35,765 bases of DNA from Gemmatimonadota bacterium (lineage in GTDB: Bacteria; Gemmatimonadota; Gemmatimonadetes; Palauibacterales; KS3-K002), in contig JBDHJS010000035.1 of NCBI GenBank assembly GCA_039586795.1, positions 1 through 35,765 of the forward strand, given 5' to 3'. Below are positions 17,215 through 25,136 of the stretch, piece after piece (position 1 is the stretch's first letter; the number at the start of each line of letters is the position of its first letter). A program made the position numbers and the translations under genes. Below the pieces are notes generated by a model. The model did not search any database and was not told the origin of the DNA. It saw only the letters and a program-made list of their open reading frames with translations.

Positions 17215-19412
17215 TGACGATCAGGCGTCTTCTGCTGCCCATCGCGCTCACTGCTTGCGGCTGCTACTACGAAGTGCCGGTGCCCGCTCCCAACTCAGCT
17301 TCACCTCAGTCGTTGGCCGATCGCGGAGCCTCACGATCGAGTGCGCGGCAAGTTGGCGACCAGGGGACGCTGTACGGCGGCCTCGGTCGAGCCGATATCA
17401 CGCCGCCCCCCGGCGTTGGTATGTACGGGTATGGCCCCGAGGGCAAGGAGGCCCGAGGCTATCGCACGCGTCTTTATGCGCGGGCGATTGTACTGGAGGA
17501 CGTGACCGGTGAGCGCGTCGCATTCGTCGTCGCGGATCTCGCTGTGATTTCGCTCTTGCTGCAACGATCGGTCGCACAGCGCATCGCCGGCACGACGGGC
17601 ATCGGCGCCGACCGATTGATGCTGGCCGCAACTCACACACATGCTGGCCCGGCCCATTTCATTGGCGTCATTCAGTTCGATATGCACGGCTCATCGGTTA
17701 CGGGTTTCGATACGACCATGGTGACGTTCCTCGCCGATCGGATCGGTAGAGCGGTGACCGATGCAGTTGCTGACTTGAGACCGGCGCGGTTAGGGACCGC
17801 GGCGATCCCGATCTGGGGATATACTCGCAATCGCAGCTACGAGGCCTTTCGACAGAATCCTGATAGTTTGGTGAGCTTCGAGCCGCCTGCAGACATGGTC
17901 CTTGATGAAGAACAGCTTGCCGTCGACCCGACCTGGACCATGCTGCGCATCGATCTGCTCGACAGCGAGGACGGCATATACAAGCCGGCTGGCGCGTTCA
18001 GCGTGTTTGCGATGCACGCAAACGCGATCCCCTCGGCCAACGATTTGTTCGACGGTGACATCCAGGCGGCGATACAAGACGGTCTGGAAACGCACATCGA
18101 CAGCCTGAACGGTCATGAAGCGCGGGACCATCCCCGTGCTGTGCATGCGTTGGCATATGGAGCGGGCGGAGATGTCGTGGCCACCTATCCCATGGAAGCA
18201 CGTTGCCCGCCGCCGGAGTTCCGGTTCGGCCACCGGCCAGGCGGTCCGCGGACGCCCCCGCCCGCCGAGGGGTGGCAACCCGCACAGCGGGAGCGGATCG
18301 AGAGGTGCATTTCCGCGGCGCGGCAGTACGTCGATTCAGCGGGTCGTGCTCTCTCAGAGCGCGTTATCGCCGCGTTCGACTCGCTCGGCGATCACCTATC
18401 TGGAGGTGCTCGGGTTCGCCGTGCGTTCCGAGCTCTTGACCTTACGGGACCCGGTGCCCCAGACGGACTATGCGACGAGCCGCGAGTTGGCACGGCTGCG
18501 CTCGTCGGTTCCTCCGGTTCCAACACCCGATACGATGGCTGGCGCTTCCTGTACTTGGCTCCGCTTGGGTACGAGCGTGGCGGGTCGGCTGTGTCGCAAG
18601 GAACAACGGGTTGTCACGCTCCCAAGCGCAAGGCGTTTGGTCCCCTACAGCCCTGGATCATCGGCGACCATGGCTTCCCGGAGATCGCTCAGCTGATGGT
18701 CATACAGATTGGCGACCTGCTGTTGGCTACGGTGCCGGCCGAGGCGACGGTTACGACGGGTGTGATGATCAGGAACGAAGTTAGGCATCGCGCGACTCTC
18801 TCGGGCCTGGAATTCGCGTCGGTTGGTATCGTAAGTCTGGTGAACGGTGACTTGCGATACGTCACTACCCCGCACGAGTACGCGGTGCAACTGTACGAGG
18901 GCGCCTCGACTCTTTACGGGCCGCAGAGCGCCGTTGTGTTGGCTGGGCAGCTGGGTAAGTTGACGGCCGAACTGGCGCTGGCTTCAGAACATCGGTCAGA
19001 ACCACGAGTGGACTCGGCAATCGCCTACGCGGCCAAGCCGAAGATCATCCTGCAGCCGCGGAACACGGGCCCGCCCCGGGAGGCGATCGAGAGACGCGTC
19101 ATTGAATCCGGCTGCGACGGAAGTGACTACATTGCGATCTGGATAGATTCGTATCCCGGCCGGCTCGTCCCGGCAGATGCGCCGGTCCTACGCATCGACC
19201 TTCAAACAGACGCCGGCTGGCAGCCGGTAGCGTGGGATGGTGATCCGTCGCTCGAAGTGCGGGCTTTGAAACCGAAAGGAAGAGAAGGCTACTTGTGGCA
19301 GGTACGCTGGCAGACTGATGTGAAGTCAACGCGAGGGCATCGTCTAGTGCTGCTTGCGAGGGACGGTATGAGTGAAATCGAAGGCGAGCCGTTCGAAGTC
19401 TGCAGCAACTAG
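17214..19412 (+). CDS. Neutral/alkaline ceramidase-family lipoprotein
   Basis: Lipobox LTAC; GRADITPP, RLYARA, ATHTHAGP, NRS, FAMHAN, VPAE, YVTTPHEY..Q.YEGASTLYGP. Confidence 0.85.
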   Translation: MTIRRLLLPIALTACGCYYEVPVPAPNSASPQSLADRGASRSSARQVGDQGTLYGGLGRADITPPPGVGMYGYGPEGKEARGYRTRLYARAIVLEDVTGERVAFVVADLAVISLLLQRSVAQRIAGTTGIGADRLMLAATHTHAGPAHFIGVIQFDMHGSSVTGFDTTMVTFLADRIGRAVTDAVADLRPARLGTAAIPIWGYTRNRSYEAFRQNPDSLVSFEPPADMVLDEEQLAVDPTWTMLRIDLLDSEDGIYKPAGAFSVFAMHANAIPSANDLFDGDIQAAIQDGLETHIDSLNGHEARDHPRAVHALAYGAGGDVVATYPMEARCPPPEFRFGHRPGGPRTPPPAEGWQPAQRERIERCISAARQYVDSAGRALSERVIAAFDSLGDHLSGGARVRRAFRALDLTGPGAPDGLCDEPRVGTAALVGSSGSNTRYDGWRFLYLAPLGYERGGSAVSQGTTGCHAPKRKAFGPLQPWIIGDHGFPEIAQLMVIQIGDLLLATVPAEATVTTGVMIRNEVRHRATLSGLEFASVGIVSLVNGDLRYVTTPHEYAVQLYEGASTLYGPQSAVVLAGQLGKLTAELALASEHRSEPRVDSAIAYAAKPKIILQPRNTGPPREAIERRVIESGCDGSDYIAIWIDSYPGRLVPADAPVLRIDLQTDAGWQPVAWDGDPSLEVRALKPKGREGYLWQVRWQTDVKSTRGHRLVLLARDGMSEIEGEPFEVCSN

Positions 19413-21067
19413 TTCTTTTTGCCAGCGCCTGAACGGGCGAACAGCCGACGCTCCGGTGTATCTGTTTCCGCCTCACCTTCGCCACCCATTTTCACGGCTT
19501 CCCGGCTCTCCAGCTCTTCATCCGGTGCATGAAGTTCCCACCAGTCCCGGGCCCGCGCATCAGTCCATGGCTTGGAGAATTCGATATCAAACAGAGCCGC
19601 GTTCAACTCGTCAGCGTCTTGATATCGTGCGCCAGGATCCTTGGCGAGACATTTCATTACGACTTGCACGAGCGCGTCGGGGATGTCGACCTCCGTGAGC
19701 TCGGCGGGATTGGTCGGCTGATCCCTGAGATGGGCCAAAATTGTCTCGAGTGCAGACTTGCGTTCGAACGGAGGTCGAGCGGTCAGCATCCAGTAAGCTA
19801 CGCCGCCCACGTTATACAGATCCGCTCGTGCGTCGACCTGGTCAGCGCCGTCGACAGTTTCTGGCGCGCAGTAAGCCGGAGTGCCGAAGATCATCCCGGT
19901 TTTGGTGATCCCGCTGTCATCCTCCATCTGTGTGCTCTTCGCGAGACCGAAGTCGAGGACCTTGACGAAGTCGTGAATTCTGCCTCGTCGCGTTAAGACA
20001 ATATTCGCCGGCTTGATGTCTCGGTGGATAACGCCGCATTCATGCGCTTCCGCGAGGGCGCCACAAATTTGAGTCAGCACGTGTACGACCCGTTCGGGCG
20101 GCATGGGGCCGAACCGTTCCACGACGCGACGTAAATCCATTCCTTTCAGATACTCCATCGCGTAGTAGAACGTGTTGTCCTCTGTGCGCCCGAAGTCGTA
20201 GATCGTGATCGTGTTGGGATGTGATAGACCTGCGGCCAGTTTCACTTCGCGCTCGAACCGAGCCACCGCCGCGTGTTCCCCGCTCGTCTCCGGCTTGATC
20301 ACCTTGACCGCCGTCGGACGACACATCAGAGCATGCTGCGCCACGAACACCTGGCCCATCCCACCTTCGGCAAGTTCGCTCTCCAGAACGTAGGCGCCCA
20401 ACTGCTTCGCCTTGTGAAGTGATTTCCGCATGTTGTACAGAGACTTCGTGATCATCACGGAGACGATGCCGAGTATCACCAGGTAGAACGTTCCCTCCGC
20501 CATCATCGCGCCAAAGGCGGTCGGCCCGCCGCTCTGCTGCCAGTACTCGTGTATCTCGGGAATCCGAAAATACGCGCCTACCATGAGCAGCGGGTATCCG
20601 ATCGCGGCGGTCAGTGCGAGACCAGCCTGGGCGTTGACCGGCACCGGGATTAGTGCCGCATGGATGAACAGCGCTAGCGATACGCCGAACGCCGGAATCT
20701 CTACGACGTCGTACACCACACCGATGAATAGCGTCAGCAGTATGATGAGACTGACGACAACGTAGTCGATGACGAGTATCTGGCGCGCCGTCCACTGCCG
20801 GGCCCAAACCAACACCGTCGCGACGAATAGCGCGATTGCATAGAGGTCGTATACGAGACGAAGGTGAGCTGTTAGCGCGCTTTCAACGGTCGGATGAAAA
20901 TCGACGACATTGCCATAAAAGAAGTGGACGGCCAGGCCGATGAGAAAACCCCAGGCAAACGCTATCCGCGTGCGACGTAGCAACAACTGCCCAAGCTCCG
21001 CCTGGAACGAGGTTCCAGTCACAGCTGTGTCGTTCGTCGCTTCCCGCAGCCGATTCAGGATTTCCAT
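19409..21067 (-). CDS. Hanks-type Ser/Thr kinase with multi-TM N-terminal sensor region
   Basis: GGMGQV, AVK, HRDIKPAN, DFG, GTPAYCAPE; about six TM helices N-terminal to the kinase domain. Confidence 0.93.
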   Translation of the reverse strand: MEILNRLREATNDTAVTGTSFQAELGQLLLRRTRIAFAWGFLIGLAVHFFYGNVVDFHPTVESALTAHLRLVYDLYAIALFVATVLVWARQWTARQILVIDYVVVSLIILLTLFIGVVYDVVEIPAFGVSLALFIHAALIPVPVNAQAGLALTAAIGYPLLMVGAYFRIPEIHEYWQQSGGPTAFGAMMAEGTFYLVILGIVSVMITKSLYNMRKSLHKAKQLGAYVLESELAEGGMGQVFVAQHALMCRPTAVKVIKPETSGEHAAVARFEREVKLAAGLSHPNTITIYDFGRTEDNTFYYAMEYLKGMDLRRVVERFGPMPPERVVHVLTQICGALAEAHECGVIHRDIKPANIVLTRRGRIHDFVKVLDFGLAKSTQMEDDSGITKTGMIFGTPAYCAPETVDGADQVDARADLYNVGGVAYWMLTARPPFERKSALETILAHLRDQPTNPAELTEVDIPDALVQVVMKCLAKDPGARYQDADELNAALFDIEFSKPWTDARARDWWELHAPDEELESREAVKMGGEGEAETDTPERRLFARSGAGKKN

Positions 21068-21162
21068 TGGATCTAGGGGCAAAGAATGAGCGCAATGAAC
21101 AAGATAGCCCGTGGCTCTCGGCGCGCCAGCTAGGGTGCTCTTTTTGCCGGTGGTTGGGCCGG

Positions 21163-22605
21163 CTATCGCCCGGCGGGAATCGCAGGCGCGAGACGCGCGA
21201 ACTCGTCGCCTGCCGGCGTGGCGATGCGGTCGAGCGTCTGGTAGTCTACCCGGTAGAGTCCAAAACGGGGCCCGAAGCCTTCCGCCCACTCGAAGTTGTC
21301 GAGCAGCGACCAGTGGAAATATCCCCGCACTGGAATCCCCTCATCCAGAGCTTGCGCGATCGCGTAAGCGTGGGAGCGAATGAAAGCGGGTCGATGCGCT
21401 CCCGTCGAATCGGCGACGCCGTTCTCCGTGATATAAACAGGCAAAGCGTAGCGCTTCCAGGCCCGTCGCAGCAGACGCAGCAGTCCTTCAGGATAGATCT
21501 CGACGCCGCTGTCGCTCAGCTGCCCCGGTCCGGGGAGTATCGTCACCAAACCCGGGGCGCTGGCGGTGAAGTTCACCATGTTTCGGCGGTAGTAGTTGAT
21601 GCCCAGGTAGTCAGCGGACCCGGCCAATCCGTCGAGCGGCTCATCGAGCTCTGGGAAACCGGCGAGCTCCAGTATGATGCGACCTTGCTCGATGGAATCG
21701 TAGAACGCCCAATTGAAGCCCCGGTCCGCTTCCCGAGCGGCGATCCAATCCGGCAACGACCATTTGGACGCCGGGTCGAATACGATCATGTTGACGGCGG
21801 CGCCGATCCTTGCGTCGGAGTCGTTGTCGCGGATCGCTCGGGTCGCGGCGGCGTGAGCGCGAACCAATCCTTCGAACGCCGCCGCGGCCTGTTGTGTGTC
21901 CCGGACGCCGGGAGGCCAGACACCCTCAACGTAGCCCTGGTACATCTGCACGTTTGGCTCATTGATCGTGCACCAGAGGTCGACGTGCGACCCCAGTCGG
22001 CGGGCGGCTTCGGCGGCGAAGCGCGCGAATTGTCCGGGAAAGTCTGACGCGGCAACTCCGCCGCGCTCGGCCACCCATTCCGGGATCGTGAAATGGAGGA
22101 GCGTGACCATCGGCACGATACCCGCTGCGCGCAACTGCTCGACTTCATCTACGTAGTGCGACCAGGCGGATTCGTCCCAGATACCCTCCTGCGGTTCAAC
22201 GCGGCTCCACTCGACGGAGAAGCGGTAGGCGTTGGCCCCGATCGCCAGCATCAACCCAATATCTTCCGAGACGCGATTCCAGTGATCGACCGCGACACCG
22301 CTCAGCGCGCCATCCCGGATATTCCCCGGTGTCTCCTCGAAGCGCGCCCAATCGTTCCGGTAATTACCGCCCTCCACCTGGTGGGCCGATGTTGCCGTCC
22401 CCCAGAGAAAGCCCTCGGGTAGGCGCTCTGCGAAGGGCTGCTCGGGAATCTCCTCGAAGAGCACGTTCGGTTCTGAGGTGTCTATCGCGATGCAGGCAAT
22501 GATGTAGATGAAGACCAGGGAGAGGGGCAGGAAGACGGCGAAGCCCAGCGCCCATTGCCGCCACGGCAGTCGCTTCTCGCCGGCGTCACCCGATTCTGGA
22601 GCCAT
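21163..22605 (-). CDS. Glycoside hydrolase family 1 with N-terminal membrane anchor
   Basis: FLWGTATSAHQVEG, YRFSVEWSR, catalytic TINEP and ITENG, WSLLDNFEWAEG, RFGL. Confidence 0.95.
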   Translation of the reverse strand: MAPESGDAGEKRLPWRQWALGFAVFLPLSLVFIYIIACIAIDTSEPNVLFEEIPEQPFAERLPEGFLWGTATSAHQVEGGNYRNDWARFEETPGNIRDGALSGVAVDHWNRVSEDIGLMLAIGANAYRFSVEWSRVEPQEGIWDESAWSHYVDEVEQLRAAGIVPMVTLLHFTIPEWVAERGGVAASDFPGQFARFAAEAARRLGSHVDLWCTINEPNVQMYQGYVEGVWPPGVRDTQQAAAAFEGLVRAHAAATRAIRDNDSDARIGAAVNMIVFDPASKWSLPDWIAAREADRGFNWAFYDSIEQGRIILELAGFPELDEPLDGLAGSADYLGINYYRRNMVNFTASAPGLVTILPGPGQLSDSGVEIYPEGLLRLLRRAWKRYALPVYITENGVADSTGAHRPAFIRSHAYAIAQALDEGIPVRGYFHWSLLDNFEWAEGFGPRFGLYRVDYQTLDRIATPAGDEFARLAPAIPAGR

Positions 22606-23851
22606 CGCGTTCCACTCTCGGCCCGAACGCGGCGATCAAGGCTGGCCCGTCCACCCAGGCCAGGCCGCCGCCGATCGGGTGTCGGACGGTCATCCCATCG
22701 TCTCGTTGAGGTAGATGCTCCTGTCCGGGGAGCCGGTCGGGATGGTGATGGTGCGGCTTGGGCTTGCGCTTAGCCGCCATCTCGACGATGCGTGCCAGGG
22801 CCTGCTCGAAACCGATGCCCGCCTTTTCGGCCGAATCCATGAAGGAGACGCCTTCTGTGAGATCCGGGTTCGGATTCACTTCCAAGACATACGGCTTGCC
22901 ACCCTTGAGTCGGATATCGATCCGGGCGTAATCACGACAGTCGGTCGCCTCGTACGCCGCGATGGCTACCGCCTCCACCTTGCGCAACTCTCTTCTTGTC
23001 AGCGGTGCCGGACAGATCGTGTCCACCAGGTGGTAGTTCGGGTCCAGCGGATTCCATTTCATCGCGTAGCTGATGAGCTTGGGGTATCCGGGCGGTAGCT
23101 TGGAGAAATCGAATTCCACCGGGGGCAGAATCTCAGGCGAATCATGTCCCCAAACGGCTACGTGGAGTTCCCGTCCTTCGATGAACTCTTCGACCATCAC
23201 CGGGCCGAATTCTTTGTGCACGAGCTCAACGCGCTGCCCGATGTGTTCGGGAACGTGCAAGACGGCATCTTTCCCGACGCCGGCGCTCGCGTCTTCCCAG
23301 GCGGGCTTCACGATAACCGGCAACCGGAGTCCGAGCTTCTTGGGCGTTGCCGGCTCGTAGAGGATCTTGAAACGAGGCGTCGGCACACCATGGTCCTGCA
23401 AGACGCGCTTCGTCAGTCCCTTGTCCTGGCACAACGCCAGGGTGAATGGCTGTGAACCGGTGTAAGGGATTCGGTAGAGGTCGAACACGCCGGCGACCGC
23501 TGCCTCCAGCGCGGCGTCGTCGTGAAAGAATTCGACCAGATTGAAGATGACGTCGGGGCGGTTGCGTTTCAGCAGGCGCTCGAGCTTGCGAAGGTTGTTG
23601 GTCAGGTTGACGGCGCGTGCCCGATAACCGGCGCGGCGCAGCGCCTTCGCTACATCCTTATACTCTTCGCTGACCGTCGCGACATCGATGGGGTACTCCG
23701 GCTCGAAGTCCAGCGAGTCCGGATCGACTTCCTTCAGCTTCTCGTATGGGTCAGGCCCAACCTGATTGTAGAGAACGACGACCGATTTCTTGGGCTGCGG
23801 CTCTTCGCCCAACGTCACTTCCACACGTTCCCCCGGTTTTGCGGTATCCAC
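22586..23851 (-). CDS. D-Ala-D-Ala-ligase-like ATP-grasp protein
   Basis: VIFNLVE, IPYTGS, DKGLTK, VIVKP..EDASAG, VEEFIEGRE, YARIDIR, LEVNPNP; lacks the Ddl N-terminal GG.S.EH.VS motif. Confidence 0.85.
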   Translation of the reverse strand: MDTAKPGERVEVTLGEEPQPKKSVVVLYNQVGPDPYEKLKEVDPDSLDFEPEYPIDVATVSEEYKDVAKALRRAGYRARAVNLTNNLRKLERLLKRNRPDVIFNLVEFFHDDAALEAAVAGVFDLYRIPYTGSQPFTLALCQDKGLTKRVLQDHGVPTPRFKILYEPATPKKLGLRLPVIVKPAWEDASAGVGKDAVLHVPEHIGQRVELVHKEFGPVMVEEFIEGRELHVAVWGHDSPEILPPVEFDFSKLPPGYPKLISYAMKWNPLDPNYHLVDTICPAPLTRRELRKVEAVAIAAYEATDCRDYARIDIRLKGGKPYVLEVNPNPDLTEGVSFMDSAEKAGIGFEQALARIVEMAAKRKPKPHHHHPDRLPGQEHLPQRDDGMTVRHPIGGGLAWVDGPALIAAFGPRVERDGSRIG

Positions 23852-23910
23852 GGTGGAAACTTAATACGCGGACCCGCATCTGGCGAAGGCCCGCCGTGCG
23901 TCGTGTCCGA

Positions 23911-24834
23911 CTATGGCAATAGCTCTACCTCCAGCTCGCTCAACTGTATGCGATAGATATCCCCCAGGCCGCGTCGGTGGCTCGAGAAATACAGGTAACG
24001 GCCGTCGGGTGAGACGGCTGGGCCGTACTCGTACTGCGATGTGTTGACTTCGGGTCCGAGGTTCACAGGATCGGTCCAGACGCCGTCTCGGAAGAAACTG
24101 GCCCACAGATCATCTCCGCCGAATCCTTCCGGATGGTCCGTAATGACGAATACCATGAAGCTCCCATCCGGACCGACGAAGACGTCACTCTGGGAACGCC
24201 GATCGTTGAACGGTGAACCCAGATTCTCGGGCTCGCTGTACGATTCGCCATCGAAGCGCGCCCTATAGAGATCTGAGAAGCCGTGGCTGTCTGGCCGGTT
24301 CCGACTCGAGAAGTAAAGCGTACCATCGGCGGTCAACGACGAGTGCCACTCATCGGCCTCCGTCGTAACCGGCGGAGGAAGAGGCTGTGGTTCACCCCAA
24401 CTACCATCATCCATCAGTTCGACGGTCCACAGGTTGAAATCGCCTCGGGGCCGGCTCGCCCCGGGTAACGGGCGGTCGGATGAGAAGAACAGGACGCGCC
24501 CGTCGGGTGAAGGTCTTGGTGCGCGGTCGTTGTAGACGCCGGAGAAGGGCAGCATCTCCGGCTCACCCCACCCGTCCGGGCCTAGCCTCGACATCATCAG
24601 TCTATGGCTCGACCAGCCGGCAAGGTGAGTGTTGAAGTAGAGGGTCTGGCCGTCCGGGCTGAGCGCGGGAAAGATCTCGCCGCCGTCCGTCGATATCACA
24701 CCGGGTTGGACGAGCTCGGCCGCCAGTTGGCTCGATGCGGCCGGATCGCCAACCATCCGGCCAGGCCCGACAAGTGATATGAAGGCGGCCACGGCCGTCA
24801 GTAGCGATACGAGCATCGTGCTGGACCTCTTCAT
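23911..24834 (-). CDS. PD40/TolB-like beta-propeller protein (secreted)
   Basis: GGAGAG RBS before ATG 24834; signal peptide; repeated SPDG..LYF units; NLGPEVNT; DIYR. Confidence 0.85.
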   Translation of the reverse strand: MKRSSTMLVSLLTAVAAFISLVGPGRMVGDPAASSQLAAELVQPGVISTDGGEIFPALSPDGQTLYFNTHLAGWSSHRLMMSRLGPDGWGEPEMLPFSGVYNDRAPRPSPDGRVLFFSSDRPLPGASRPRGDFNLWTVELMDDGSWGEPQPLPPPVTTEADEWHSSLTADGTLYFSSRNRPDSHGFSDLYRARFDGESYSEPENLGSPFNDRRSQSDVFVGPDGSFMVFVITDHPEGFGGDDLWASFFRDGVWTDPVNLGPEVNTSQYEYGPAVSPDGRYLYFSSHRRGLGDIYRIQLSELEVELLP

Positions 24835-24859
24835 GGTGGTTCTCTCCATCGCTCGGTTG

Positions 24860-25046
24860 GGCTCAGGTCGATGCGGTGCCTCTTCCGGTTTCACGATCTT
24901 GGCGCGGATCACATACTGAACCTCGAGCTCGTCGACGACCCGTCGTCGAATCCGCCTGGCCAAGGCAAAATGATAAATCCACCGGGCGTTCGTCTGCCGC
25001 TCACATACGTCCCCGCGGTGTCGAAGACGCGCAGCTCGCGTTCCAT
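24860..25046 (-). pseudogene. Probable internally deleted remnant of a six-bladed beta-propeller gene
   Basis: One frame gives RVFDTAGTYVSGRRTPGGFIILPWPGGFDD; a second frame continues VVDELEVQYVIRAKIVKP, resembling the usual C-terminus of that family. Confidence 0.45.
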
Positions 25047-25136
25047 CTGCCCTTGAGATGCCGTCTCGTGTCAGCGATCATGTACTGAGAATCCTACCGT
25101 GATGCAGTGAGGAGGGACAGTACCAGGAGGTGGCGG

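Noticed and set aside
19409..19412. Convergent genes sharing CTAG stops (also 6653-6656)
   Set aside because: A common 4-nt overlap geometry in compact genomes.
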